This document shows, piece after piece, positions 46,956 through 56,729 of a DNA stretch of 64,000 nucleotides. This stretch comes from Patescibacteria group bacterium. Its GTDB lineage: Bacteria > Patescibacteriota > Doudnabacteria > UBA920. Location: positions 21,829-85,828 of the forward strand of contig DAIMCS010000004.1 of the NCBI GenBank assembly GCA_036726225.1. The letters run 5' to 3'. The notes below the pieces were generated by a model that saw only the letters and a list, made by a program, of their open reading frames with translations, was not told the origin of the DNA and ran no database searches. Positions within the stretch are counted from its first letter, which is position 1; each line of letters starts with the position of its first letter. The translations under genes were made by a program, and so were the position numbers.

Positions 46956-47958
46956 AAAACAACTGGCTTACTATTAAATCTAACAAAACTTTAGGCGGAA
47001 CATTGGAGGATTTAAGCTCCTCATCCAGCGCCACTAATTTGTTTAAAAATTCCAAAACTTTTTTGGGAGAAAAGGTTTTGGCAATTTTCTTTAAAACAAA
47101 AAGTTTGCCGCTCTTCCAGCCCGTAATTTCTAAAATTTGGCCGTCCCCAATTTTGCGCGACAAAAAATCTTGCGTGCTGGCCACATTCCTAAACTGCTGG
47201 GAAAGGAGGGCGTTTAACTGAATAACCGTCCCCTTTTCGTCGCTACCGGTCTGATTAAATAAAAATTTATGCAAAAGCTTCATTGCCTGCTGTTTTTTGC
47301 CGTCGGCAATGGAGTTGGTCAGCTCAAACACATCCACTTCGAAAGTTTGGTTCACCAACTGTAAAACATCGTTTTCATTTATTTCCCTGCCATTGGCAAA
47401 AGCCAAAAGTTTTTTTATTTCCGCATCCGCCTGCCAAAGGCTGTAAGCCTCCTCTACTTCCACTACCCTGCCTCCGAATTTGGTTTCTTTGGCGTCGTCC
47501 CTGCCTAAAGCAACCGCCAAACTTTCGGTAGCAGCAGAAGTTATTGTGCCTCCTAAGAGCTTTATCCTATTTGTAATCCATTGGTTTAATTCCCGGCCAT
47601 GCGGCAAACTAAATTCTTGCACCGTGATATTTTTATTTGCCAATAAATCTTTATTTTCCTTTTTTCGCTTGTCTAAAGATTTAATGCTAATGACAATTTG
47701 GTTTGGGGATTTTACCAAGGCTGATAAATCTTCCGGAAGCTTTGGGATTACAGAGTCAAACACAAAAACTTTAGGCTTGGAAAACAAATCTGTCCCAAAT
47801 AGGTCTGAAGCTTGGGGTAAGTTATCTATCTCCACAAATTTAACCAAATCCGCCCTTTTTTCTTTAACCAGGGAGGTTATAAAGTCATTTTTAAAAAAAT
47901 CGTCCGGACCGAGTAATAAATAGAGCATAAATTTATTTGCGTATTTACAATAACACAA
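46954..47958 (-). CDS. holA: DNA polymerase III delta subunit-like (HolA)
   Basis: N-terminal LYLLLGPDDFF and overall delta-subunit clamp-loader layout; the true start is probably MLYLLLG at 47928. Confidence 0.6.
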   Translation of the reverse strand: MCYCKYANKFMLYLLLGPDDFFKNDFITSLVKEKRADLVKFVEIDNLPQASDLFGTDLFSKPKVFVFDSVIPKLPEDLSALVKSPNQIVISIKSLDKRKKENKDLLANKNITVQEFSLPHGRELNQWITNRIKLLGGTITSAATESLAVALGRDDAKETKFGGRVVEVEEAYSLWQADAEIKKLLAFANGREINENDVLQLVNQTFEVDVFELTNSIADGKKQQAMKLLHKFLFNQTGSDEKGTVIQLNALLSQQFRNVASTQDFLSRKIGDGQILEITGWKSGKLFVLKKIAKTFSPKKVLEFLNKLVALDEELKSSNVPPKVLLDLIVSQLF

Positions 47959-48190
47959 ATAAAAAAACCCTGCTATAAGGGCATTTTTGGCGGGCCGCTA
48001 TCCAGGCCTTTAGAATCTTTTGTCGGTATTCCCAAAAAATTCAGATTTGATTCTTTTGTCGGGGCCCCCAAATTTTCATTCCGGAATTTTCAAAGGAAAA
48101 TTTGGGGCAAGGGGCAACGCCCGAAACGAAGTGAGCTTTTTGTCCGCCAAAGAAGGACAAAAACGAACGAAGTGGAGGGCGATTGACCCG

Positions 48191-48266
48191 TGGTGGGTTG
48201 GGTGGGGATCGAACCCACGACAAGCGGATTAAGAGTCCGCTGCTCTACCAACTGAGCTACCAACCC
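48191..48266 (-). tRNA. tRNA-Lys (anticodon CTT)
   Basis: Manual fold: acceptor GGGTTGG/CCAACCC, D-arm GCTC-AGTTGGTA-GAGC, anticodon arm GCGGA-CTCTTAA-TCCGC, T-arm GTGGG-TTCGATC-CCCAC, discriminator A, encoded CCA. Confidence 0.85.
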
Positions 48267-48398
48267 GGAAATATAAATAACCTTGATATCTTACACTAAA
48301 TAAGCAGCTTTTTCAACCCCAGATATTAGGGCTCCCAAAAATTCAATGCATTTTTGGGATGAGGGGCAACGAACGAAGCGAGGACAATTGACCCGATG

Positions 48399-48480
48399 TG
48401 GTGACCCCGGTAAGATTTGAATCCCTCGACTTGGCTCAGGACAGGCTCTACTGCCTCGTGGTTTAAAGCCGGGCGCTGCT
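48399..48480 (-). pseudogene. Degenerate partial copy of tRNA-Arg (pseudo-tRNA)
   Basis: Matches tRNA-Arg from the D-stem 3' side to the CCA end (AGCGCC-C/T-GGCTT..AACCA.GAGGCAGTAG...TTCAAATC.TACCGGGGTCACCA). The 5' acceptor cannot pair, the anticodon loop is mutated to CTTTAAA, and about 26 nt are inserted in the T-arm. Confidence 0.4.
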
Positions 48481-48508
48481 CCCCCGCCCGACTCGCTTTA
48501 GTATTATA

Positions 48509-48585
48509 TGGTGACCCCGGTAGGATTTGAACCTACTGCCTCCTGGTTCGAAGCCAGGCGCTCTATCCAAATGAGCTACGGAGTC
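48509..48585 (-). tRNA. tRNA-Arg (anticodon TCG)
   Basis: Manual fold: acceptor GACTCCG/CGGGGTC (one G-U), D-arm GCTC...GAGC, anticodon arm CCTGG-CTTCGAA-CCAGG, T-arm GTAGG-TTCAAAT-CCTAC, discriminator A, CCA encoded. Confidence 0.85.
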
Positions 48586-48825
48586 ATGTCAGGCGAGTCG
48601 GGCGGGTATCCAACATGAGCTACGGGTGCATGCCGCATTTTTCTTTTGGCGTTCCCATATAGTATAGCTAAAAAAAGCAAAATTGAAAATTCAACCCCGT
48701 TAGAAAATTCTTCAATTCTTTTGGATAATTTAAAGGTTTTTTACCCAAAAATAATTCAAAAAACAGAAAATCTATAAAAAAATTTTCTTATAGGGTCAAT
48801 TTTTGCTTTTCCTTATAAGCTAATT

Positions 48826-49200
48826 TTATTCAGGACTTTGCAGCAATCCGCTGCTTTCGTCGTAGTTTGACGTTCCTTCGCCTAAAGGCGCGCTCTCCTC
48901 AACTGGCGCCCCAAGGTTAAACGGATTCCTGCGAATCCCGCCCGTCGGCCTGAAATTTTCCGCGTCCTGTATGCGTTTTACAACCTGGTTATAGTTGTCA
49001 AAATTTATCCTTACTCCCTTAACCGCCACCATGGGAGCGGCTTCTTCGTTGAAATTTAAAATTATATCCACTGACTTTTTTATCTGGATGGCTTCAAAAA
49101 TCAACAAAATTATAAACACCACAAAAAACAACAGGCTTAAATTTTTGGTCAGCTGTACAAGAAAATGCTTGGGATTTATAGAAAATTTAAGTTTAGCCAT
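48826..49200 (-). CDS. Small TM protein at the distal end of the pilMNO operon (PilP-like or minor component, hypothetical)
   Basis: Single TM helix then a periplasmic domain; operon position only. Confidence 0.3.
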   Translation of the reverse strand: MAKLKFSINPKHFLVQLTKNLSLLFFVVFIILLIFEAIQIKKSVDIILNFNEEAAPMVAVKGVRINFDNYNQVVKRIQDAENFRPTGGIRRNPFNLGAPVEESAPLGEGTSNYDESSGLLQSPE

Positions 49201-49204
49201 AAAA

Positions 49205-49762
49205 TTATTTATCTTTCTTTAAATAAAAATTCGCGGTCATATTTACGTTTACCGTGCTTTGGTCAGCGGAACTAATGGAAATGTTACTTACGTTGGTAAT
49301 GAACCTCAAATTCTCCAGGGTTTCTATAAAATCCACGACCCGGGGTAAACTCCCGTTTACATTAATGCTGTAAGGGATTACCCCCAAAGGCGTTATGGTT
49401 TTGGCTTTTGAGACCGTATGAATAGTCCCGCTAACGCCGCCAATTTGCATTTTAACTCCCAAGCGCTGGCCCAAAGCTTCCAGAACTTTAAGCTCATTGA
49501 CTAAAGTAATGTCCCGGCTGAAAAAATCTTCGGGCTGGATATTTTCTTTGGCCAGGGTGTCTAAATCCCACTGGGCCTGACTTTCGCTTTGCTGCTCGGC
49601 TTTGAGCTGAGCCAGCTCCTTTTTTTGTTTATCAACCGACAATAAAGTGAGTTTGTTCGCCCGGTCCAAAATTTTGAAAAAATAACCAAAACTTATGGCG
49701 CTTAAGCCAAACCAAACTATGAGCAGGACAACAATTTTATTTTTTGCTGAAAAATGGTTCAT
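49205..49762 (-). CDS. pilO: Type IV pilus assembly protein PilO-like
   Basis: N-terminal TM, coiled-coil then a periplasmic domain; position after pilN. Confidence 0.55.
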   Translation of the reverse strand: MNHFSAKNKIVVLLIVWFGLSAISFGYFFKILDRANKLTLLSVDKQKKELAQLKAEQQSESQAQWDLDTLAKENIQPEDFFSRDITLVNELKVLEALGQRLGVKMQIGGVSGTIHTVSKAKTITPLGVIPYSINVNGSLPRVVDFIETLENLRFITNVSNISISSADQSTVNVNMTANFYLKKDK

Positions 49763-49766
49763 ACAA

Positions 49767-50321
49767 TTACTTTAGGAGTTCGTCTTTAATATAAAAAGTA
49801 AAATGGAAAGTAATTTCTTTTGGCTTGGCTACATTTTCCAGCGGGTAATCAATGTCATAAAAATTTTCTTTGTCGTCTAAAATATTATTGTAAAGCTGGA
49901 TAACCAGCTCACGCGTGGGGCTAAAACCGTTTATATTAATGCTTTTTCTCTGCGGGTCTATGGCAAAGCTGTTAATTTTGACTCCCGATGGCGGCAATGG
50001 CACAAAAGCTTTAATGACCTTTGACCAGCGGGGCGTTAAATCTACCAAATTTTTATAGTCGGAAACCAGGTCATTCGCCGCTTTAACCTGAGCTTTGACC
50101 TGGGAGTTTTCGTTCTTTTTTATTAATTCCCGAAGTTTGACAATGTCATTTTCCAAAACAACAATTTGGTTTTTTAAATACATCTTAGTGGCCATTTGCG
50201 CAGCCACCACCAGCACAAAGGTTGCAATGGACATGAAAAAAATTACAAAAAGGGCGTGCAAAACAGTAATGAACCGCAGTTCCGTTTGCCTCTTTTTTGG
50301 CAATAAATTTATTGTTTTCAT
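49767..50321 (-). CDS. pilN: Type IV pilus assembly protein PilN-like
   Basis: Short cytoplasmic N-terminus, TM helix, coiled coil, then a periplasmic domain; directly downstream of pilM. Confidence 0.55.
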   Translation of the reverse strand: MKTINLLPKKRQTELRFITVLHALFVIFFMSIATFVLVVAAQMATKMYLKNQIVVLENDIVKLRELIKKNENSQVKAQVKAANDLVSDYKNLVDLTPRWSKVIKAFVPLPPSGVKINSFAIDPQRKSININGFSPTRELVIQLYNNILDDKENFYDIDYPLENVAKPKEITFHFTFYIKDELLK

Positions 50322-50336
50322 AAAATAAACAAATAA

Positions 50337-51437
50337 TTATAACTCAAAATCTATTCCCCGCATGGCCAATCCCATAGCCGTTATATAACTTAATGCTTCT
50401 TCCGCGCTTAAGGGGGAAGCTTTAAACTTAGGCAGGTTTTTCCAGGGATTTGCCAATTCCACATTTATTATACCCGAAGCCTGCAATTGCGGGGTTAAAA
50501 ATTCGGGTAAATTTTTAAGCCTGGAAGCTCCGCCTAAAAGCATAACTTTTGAAACCTGTTTTTCGGAGTGCTCGCCGTGGAATTTTAAAACATTTTTTAT
50601 TTCTTCGGCCAAATTATTCAGCACCGGCAAAAGCGAAGTGGTAATGTTGGGGTATTCAACCGTATTTGCAATTCCAACCTTCTTTTTTATTTCTTCGGCT
50701 TTGGCGTTGGAAACCCCCAAAGCTCTGGCAATACTTTCGGTAAAGGAATTGCCGGCAACCGGAATGGTAGAAGTAAACTGCAAATTCCCTTCTTCTATCA
50801 TTATCATAGTGGTCTTAACCGTGCCAACGCGGGCCAAAAGCGTGTTATCGGTCTTTATTACCCCGGAAAGCGCCCTTTGAATGCTTTGAGATTCAACTTC
50901 CAAAGCTACCGGCACCAGCCCGGCCCGGTCTAAAATTTCTAAATATTTTTCCGCAAAATCTTTTGGGGAAGCGACAATTAAAATGTTCATTTTATCCCCG
51001 CTCACCCCAATTTGCTGCCAGTCTAAATATACCTGGTCAATGGGCAGGGGGATAAAACTTTCAGCCTCAAAAGGCACGGCGTTTTCTGCTTCCGCCGCGC
51101 TCATTTGCGGCATTTGGATAACCCTGACAAACGACTTAGACTCCGGCAGGCTCGCAATTACATAGTTAGTGCTAATCCTCCCGAATTGCGGCTGCTCCAA
51201 AGCTTTTTTTAGCACGGCATTAAAATTCTTTTCATTGACAATTGATTCGTTGACCACCGTTTCCGGAGGCAGCGCGCTGCTGTGGTAACTTTTAATGGCC
51301 AAATCCTGGCCCTTTTTTTCCATCTGCATTATTTTTATGGCGCTGCCGCTTAAATTCAAACCGAATGCAGGTAAAGTTTTAGAAAGGAAATTCATAAAAT
51401 TATTGAATGCTTTGGCTAATGCTATAAATAGGTGCAA
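50337..51437 (-). CDS. pilM: Type IV pilus assembly protein PilM (actin-like ATPase fold)
   Basis: 366 aa; PilM/FtsA-like segments (LDIGSS-like GLNLSGSAIK, MLLGGASRL) and operon context. Confidence 0.75.
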   Translation of the reverse strand: MHLFIALAKAFNNFMNFLSKTLPAFGLNLSGSAIKIMQMEKKGQDLAIKSYHSSALPPETVVNESIVNEKNFNAVLKKALEQPQFGRISTNYVIASLPESKSFVRVIQMPQMSAAEAENAVPFEAESFIPLPIDQVYLDWQQIGVSGDKMNILIVASPKDFAEKYLEILDRAGLVPVALEVESQSIQRALSGVIKTDNTLLARVGTVKTTMIMIEEGNLQFTSTIPVAGNSFTESIARALGVSNAKAEEIKKKVGIANTVEYPNITTSLLPVLNNLAEEIKNVLKFHGEHSEKQVSKVMLLGGASRLKNLPEFLTPQLQASGIINVELANPWKNLPKFKASPLSAEEALSYITAMGLAMRGIDFEL

Positions 51438-52611
51438 TTAACGCTACGGCCAAAAGCCCGACCACTCCTCCAATTACCAGCAAAAGCAAAGGCTCAATGA
51501 CCGATGAAAGATTGCCTAAAATACTGTCCACTTCTTCTTCATAATGCACGGCCAGTTGTTCTAAAATTTCCTGGACTGTGCCGCTCTCCTCTCCCACTTC
51601 TATCATTTGCACAACCAACACCGGAAATAAAGTCTCGTCTTTGCCTAAAGAATCTGTGAGTGACTTGCCCACTTTGACGTCCTGGGCAGAATTGCTTACC
51701 AGCTCCCTGTACGGGATGCTGCCTAAAGACTCGCCGGCGACTTCCAATGCCTGGATTATGGGAATGCCGCTTTTAAGCAGGGAGCTCAAAATTCTGGAAA
51801 ACCTCGCCAGGTTTATTTTTTTAACAATATTATTAATTATAAAAAAATGCAGGAAAAATAAGTCGAACATACGCTTGCCGGGATAAGTTTTATAAATCCC
51901 GAATACCCCTACCAGCGTCCCCACCATCCCTAAAACCACCAGCACAGAATGCGCGCTCATAAAGTCGGAAAACCAAATTACAATCCGAGTAGAAAGCGGC
52001 AGCGTACCGCTAAACTGCTTAAATACTGAAGTCAGCTGTGGCAGGACGAAAATTGCCATAAGCGTTCCTATAATAACCATAGCAGAAACAATGACTGTCG
52101 GGTAGATCATTGCCCCCCGAACTTTACTTTTAAGGTCTGCTTCGCGGTGGAGTTGGATGCTTAAATATTCCAAACTTTTGTCCAAATTCCCGGAAAGCTC
52201 CCCCACTTTAACCATACTGTGAAAAATATTAGAAAAAACTCTGGGGTATTTTTGCAAAGCTTCAGAAAGCCCTTTGCCCTGCTGCACCATGTTGTGGATA
52301 TCTGTAATTATATTTTTAAATTTGATATTCTTTGTCTGTTTAACCTGTATTTGAAGTCCGCGGCTAATAGAAATACCGGCTTTCAGCATTATGCTTAAAT
52401 TTTCCACAAAATTAATTTTTTCATTCAAAGAAACAGAGGAAATATTCCTTAAAAAATCCAAAGACGCTTTGCTGGAGCCCTGTTCAGCAATTTCCATTGG
52501 CAAAAGGCCCTGCTCTTTAAGCATACGTCCGGCTGCGGCCAAATTAGGCGCCTGGATTACCGAAGTTTGCCTTTTGCCGTCCTTAGTTACTGCTGTGTAA
52601 TTAAAATCCAT
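51400..52611 (-). CDS. pilC: Type IV pilus inner-membrane platform protein PilC (GspF family)
   Basis: Two T2SF repeats with three TM segments; 403 aa; immediately downstream of pilB. Confidence 0.85.
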   Translation of the reverse strand: MDFNYTAVTKDGKRQTSVIQAPNLAAAGRMLKEQGLLPMEIAEQGSSKASLDFLRNISSVSLNEKINFVENLSIMLKAGISISRGLQIQVKQTKNIKFKNIITDIHNMVQQGKGLSEALQKYPRVFSNIFHSMVKVGELSGNLDKSLEYLSIQLHREADLKSKVRGAMIYPTVIVSAMVIIGTLMAIFVLPQLTSVFKQFSGTLPLSTRIVIWFSDFMSAHSVLVVLGMVGTLVGVFGIYKTYPGKRMFDLFFLHFFIINNIVKKINLARFSRILSSLLKSGIPIIQALEVAGESLGSIPYRELVSNSAQDVKVGKSLTDSLGKDETLFPVLVVQMIEVGEESGTVQEILEQLAVHYEEEVDSILGNLSSVIEPLLLLVIGGVVGLLAVALIAPIYSISQSIQ

Positions 52612-52729
52612 AGAGTAAACGGTGCTGGATTAAATAGAATTGAACAAAATTATATAGAATTAAATAAAATTTATTATTAAACTTTGGTTTTCAAATTTTA
52701 CTTAATTTTATTTAATTAAAAAATTTTAA

Positions 52730-54481
52730 TTATTCTTTACTCACTCTTACAATTTCTTCCAAAGTGGTTATACCCCTGGCTGCTTTTATAAATCCGTCTT
52801 CCCACATAAGAATCATCCCCCCCTTTTCGGCCTCATCCTGGATTTCGTTGGAACTCTTATGTGCCATAATCATATCCGACACGGCCGGGGTAACTTCCAA
52901 AATTTCGTGAATGCCCACGCGGCCCCTGTACCCGCTGCGGTTGCATTTGTCGCAGCCCTGGCCCTTAAAAAATTTAACTTCCTCCAGGCTTTTAGCTTTG
53001 GCTGCTGCCACGCCCACGCGAATAAGTATTGGCAGGATTTTTTCCAAATGGAATTCTTTGGAAAGGGCTTCAAGTGCCGTCTCGTCCAAAGGCGCTTCCA
53101 CCTGACAATCTTTACAAACCACCCTTACCAGCCTTTGCGCAATTACCGCGTTGACTGTGGAGGCAATTAAATAGGGTTCAACGCCAATGTCCAAAAGCCT
53201 GGGCAGCGCTCCGGCCGCGGTGTTGGTGTGAAGGGTGGAAAACACAATGTGTCCGGTCATAGCGGCGTGCACCGCTTCTTCAGCGGTTTCCTTGTCGCGA
53301 ATTTCACCAATCATAATTATGTTCGGGTCCTGCCTAAGCAACGCGCGCAAACCCACGTCGAACGTCAGGCCAATTTTTGGGCTCACCTGCATTTGGTTGG
53401 CGCCCACAATCCTATATTCAACCGGGTCTTCAATGGTGGAAATATTAACGGCTTTGGTATTTAAAATGGAAAGCACTGTATACAAAGTAGTAGATTTACC
53501 GCTACCCGTAGGTCCGGTAACCAGCAACATACCGTGGGGTTTTTTAATATTGCGGGTAATGGCGTCTAAAGCTTCCTGTTCAAAACCCAGTTGTTCTAAA
53601 GTTAAAGCCTTGGCAGATTCGTCCAAAAGACGGATAACAATTTTTTCCCCGTCAAAAATAGGAATGGTGGAAACACGCAAAGAAAACTTGTAACCGTCTT
53701 TTTCTATTTTAAAGCGTCCGTCCTGCGGCAGCCTCCTTTCGTCTATTTTCAAATTGGATAAAACTTTTACCCTGGCCGCAATTGCCGCCTGAATCACTTT
53801 TGGCAAAGTCATAACGTCGTGCAGCACACCGTCAATGCGGTAACGCACCATTAAAGAATTTTCCTGCGGTTCAATATGAATGTCAGAAGCTTTTTCAAAG
53901 ACCGCATATTCCAGCAGTGTGTCCACCACGCGAATAACCGGCACCTCCTCGGCCATTTTTTTTAAGCTATCGTCCTGGCTTAAACCTTCCGGACTGGTGG
54001 AAAACGGCTTATCGTCGGGAGTAAAAAGATGCTTTATTTCTTTTTCCAGTGAGGAGTGGTATTTGGAAAGCCCGTAATCTAAGGAGCTCTTGGCAATCAA
54101 AAACGGCTTAATTTTCAGCCCCGTCTTCTTTTGCATAAACTCCTTGGTCTGCAAATCATCCGGGTCTATCATCGCTATAGAAACCTCTTCTTTGGTTTTG
54201 GCAAAGCTGATGATTTTGTGGCGGTGGGCAATTGGTTCAGGCACCAAATTCAAAATTTCCTGGGGGATTTGCTTGTCTGTTAAATCTATGGTCGGAACCC
54301 CCAACAGCGCGGATTTCAGCTCTAACAGGGCTTCCTCTGTCAGGACTTTTTTTTCAATTAAAAAATCTTCCCAGGGTAAGCGAATTTTTAGCTGGCCCAG
54401 TTCCTTTTCCAGGGCAGACAGCTTGTCATCCGATAAAATTTTGCTTTGTTTTAAGGCCTTATTTAACTGCTGTTTATCCAT
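52730..54481 (-). CDS. pilB: Type IV pilus assembly ATPase PilB (GspE family)
   Basis: Walker A GPTGSGKSTTLY; Asp box; His box; tetracysteine motif (CKDC...CDKC); N1/N2 domains; 583 aa. Confidence 0.9.
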   Translation of the reverse strand: MDKQQLNKALKQSKILSDDKLSALEKELGQLKIRLPWEDFLIEKKVLTEEALLELKSALLGVPTIDLTDKQIPQEILNLVPEPIAHRHKIISFAKTKEEVSIAMIDPDDLQTKEFMQKKTGLKIKPFLIAKSSLDYGLSKYHSSLEKEIKHLFTPDDKPFSTSPEGLSQDDSLKKMAEEVPVIRVVDTLLEYAVFEKASDIHIEPQENSLMVRYRIDGVLHDVMTLPKVIQAAIAARVKVLSNLKIDERRLPQDGRFKIEKDGYKFSLRVSTIPIFDGEKIVIRLLDESAKALTLEQLGFEQEALDAITRNIKKPHGMLLVTGPTGSGKSTTLYTVLSILNTKAVNISTIEDPVEYRIVGANQMQVSPKIGLTFDVGLRALLRQDPNIIMIGEIRDKETAEEAVHAAMTGHIVFSTLHTNTAAGALPRLLDIGVEPYLIASTVNAVIAQRLVRVVCKDCQVEAPLDETALEALSKEFHLEKILPILIRVGVAAAKAKSLEEVKFFKGQGCDKCNRSGYRGRVGIHEILEVTPAVSDMIMAHKSSNEIQDEAEKGGMILMWEDGFIKAARGITTLEEIVRVSKE

Positions 54482-54665
54482 TTAGTTTTTATTTCAAAAA
54501 AATTTAGACTTTTTTAGGCAATACTGTGTATAAAAAGTGCTAGATATCCAAAATTATAACATAAAATTAAAAATCCGCAAAACCAATGCTGCGGATAAAC
54601 TAACTGTCCAATTTAAGGCAAATCGGATGCCCTGTCTTTGTTAATAAACAAAGGCTTCGGGCGCT

Positions 54666-55976
54666 TTACCGGCCTTGCCAGGTAAAAATATAATAGACAG
54701 TTTTTAAAATTATTTCTAAATCAAAAATAAAGCTGCGATTTTTAATGTAGTATAAATCGTATTGTAGCTTTAGCCTTGTTTCTTCCGTGTTGCCGGCGTA
54801 AATGTTGTTAATTTGCGCCCAACCGGTAATGCCGGGTTTTACCAAATGCCGCTCGTCGTAAAAAGGTACCTGTTTTTTGAGCTCTTCTACTATATGCGGC
54901 TGCTCGGGCCTGGGCCCGACCAAGCTAATGTTGCCCAAAAGCAAATTAATAAACTGCGGCCATTCGTCAATGCGGCTTTTTCGTAAAAATTTGCCAAAGG
55001 GCGTAATGCGCGGGTCGTTAACCGAGGTCCAGGTGTTGGTCGGCCCGCCGGACATAGAGCGGTATTTGTAGACCCTAAAAACTTTGCCTTTCTTGCCCAC
55101 CCGCTCCTGGATAAAAAATACCGGCCCTGTGCTTGAAAATTTTATTGCCAGCGCGCAAAAAGGCAGGCTTATTAAAAATCCCAGCATACCCACCAGCCCA
55201 AAAACAATGTCCAATATTCTTTTGACAAGGTTGTAAAAACGTTTTTCCTGGTAATCCACATTTTCCAAAAACCAAACTTCATTTAGCTGGGAAAGGTAAA
55301 CGCGCCTAAGCAGCTGCTCGTAAAATTCTTTATGGTTATAAAAGCCCACGCCCAAAGTGCGCAAACGGTAAAATTTATTTAAAATTTCCGGCTTGGTCTG
55401 CAAATTTTCCGGCAAAATAATTGCCGAACCCTGGCTTAGGTCTGCTGTGCTTAAAGTTTGCTCATTTAAATGCCCCAAAACTTTGTAACCCAAATAGCTG
55501 TGGGCGGTAATGGCGTCCTCCAGTTCTTTAAGCTCGTTGTTAAAAGAAAAAATATAAATGTTTTCAACCAGCCGGTTTTGTAAAAAATACTTTAGAAGCA
55601 AATGCCAAATTAAAAGCAAACCAAAAGCAATGCCCACTTCTATGAGCAAAAACCTTCTGGGAGTTAAAATTAAGTTGGGTTGAAAGTAAAAATAGGCAAT
55701 GGCGACAAAAAGGTTAACCGCCATAGCGGAAAGCAAATTAAAAATCAGTCCGCTAAAACGCCTGAAAGAGGCAATGTCAAAAAGCCCGTGGATAAAGAAA
55801 ACCAAAAGCCACAAAAGAAAAATTACCGAAAAAGCGGAATAGTGCGCGCTGCTCTGTACCGGAGAAAGTACCTGCTCATAACGGACGGCAATTGCAATTT
55901 TCAAACTTAAATACAGCAAAAGCAAATCGGGTAAAATTATTGCCCAGAGGTTTAAATTTTTTCTGCTGGAGGTCAT
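54666..55976 (-). CDS. Polyprenyl-phosphate sugar phosphotransferase (WbaP/WcaJ/EpsL-type bacterial sugar transferase)
   Basis: Four to five N-terminal TM helices; C-terminal bacterial sugar transferase domain (SLVGPRPE, KPGITGWAQIN). Confidence 0.85.
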   Translation of the reverse strand: MTSSRKNLNLWAIILPDLLLLYLSLKIAIAVRYEQVLSPVQSSAHYSAFSVIFLLWLLVFFIHGLFDIASFRRFSGLIFNLLSAMAVNLFVAIAYFYFQPNLILTPRRFLLIEVGIAFGLLLIWHLLLKYFLQNRLVENIYIFSFNNELKELEDAITAHSYLGYKVLGHLNEQTLSTADLSQGSAIILPENLQTKPEILNKFYRLRTLGVGFYNHKEFYEQLLRRVYLSQLNEVWFLENVDYQEKRFYNLVKRILDIVFGLVGMLGFLISLPFCALAIKFSSTGPVFFIQERVGKKGKVFRVYKYRSMSGGPTNTWTSVNDPRITPFGKFLRKSRIDEWPQFINLLLGNISLVGPRPEQPHIVEELKKQVPFYDERHLVKPGITGWAQINNIYAGNTEETRLKLQYDLYYIKNRSFIFDLEIILKTVYYIFTWQGR

Positions 55977-55981
55977 AAAAT

Positions 55982-56728
55982 TTATAAAAACAGCCTAAAT
56001 TTCATTAAAATATTGGCAAAAAAAGCGTAAGGATAGTCTTTTTTTTGTTTATTAATTAAACCTAGCTGTTTGCCCAAAAACGCGCTTTTCTTCTCCTTAT
56101 TATAGTTTGGCTGCCTATATTTCGCAAAAACTTCATTAAAATTGGCCATTTTGCCTAACTTCCCCATTCTTAGCCACAAATCGTAATCTTCTGCCAAATC
56201 CACGCCATCGTTAACAAAACCTCCTACCTTTATTGCCGCAAACCTCCTAAACATAACTGTGGAAGTAAAAAAATTATTCCTAAACAACATTGTTTTTCGA
56301 ATCTGCTCGTCTTCTGTTGGCCTAAACTTTGTCACTTGTAACTTGTCACCTGTTACTATATTTATTCCTCCCCCCACTAAAACAACATCCGGATGGTTAT
56401 CTAAAAATTCAACCTGTTTTTTTAACTTATCAACATCTGTCCATTCATCATCGTCATCTAAGATAGCAACATAATCCCCTTCACTCATCATCAATGCTTG
56501 TTGACGACTGTATGTTATACCCATCTGTTCAGTATGACTGATCATTCTTAAATTTGGCCCTGACCGTGAGACAAATTCTTCTAACGCTTTCTTATGCTGA
56601 TCATCGGAAGCATCATCAACTATCCATACTTGAAAATCTTTAAAACTTTGTGCATTCACTGAATCTAAAGCCAGCTTTAAAAGCTGGCTTCGGTTTTTGG
56701 TTAAAATATTTACAGAGACTTTGGTCAT
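55982..56728 (-). CDS. Family 2 glycosyltransferase
   Basis: GT-A N-terminus VSVNILTKNRSQLLKLALDSVNAQSF...IVDDASDD and a DxD-like DDDDE motif. Confidence 0.75.
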   Translation of the reverse strand: MTKVSVNILTKNRSQLLKLALDSVNAQSFKDFQVWIVDDASDDQHKKALEEFVSRSGPNLRMISHTEQMGITYSRQQALMMSEGDYVAILDDDDEWTDVDKLKKQVEFLDNHPDVVLVGGGINIVTGDKLQVTKFRPTEDEQIRKTMLFRNNFFTSTVMFRRFAAIKVGGFVNDGVDLAEDYDLWLRMGKLGKMANFNEVFAKYRQPNYNKEKKSAFLGKQLGLINKQKKDYPYAFFANILMKFRLFL

Positions 56729-56729
56729 C

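Noticed and set aside
48020-48232. Two 60-70 aa ORFs overlapping the tRNA-Lys flank.
   Set aside because: They overlap a tRNA gene and the repeated tRNA trailer. They are G/P-rich translation of GC-rich repeats.
48399-48480. Middle tRNA-like sequence as a genuine class II tRNA (Leu/Ser) or intron-containing tRNA.
   Set aside because: No 5' strand can pair with the CGGGGTC acceptor 3' strand. The sequence aligns as a mutated copy of the adjacent tRNA-Arg with an insertion in the T-arm.
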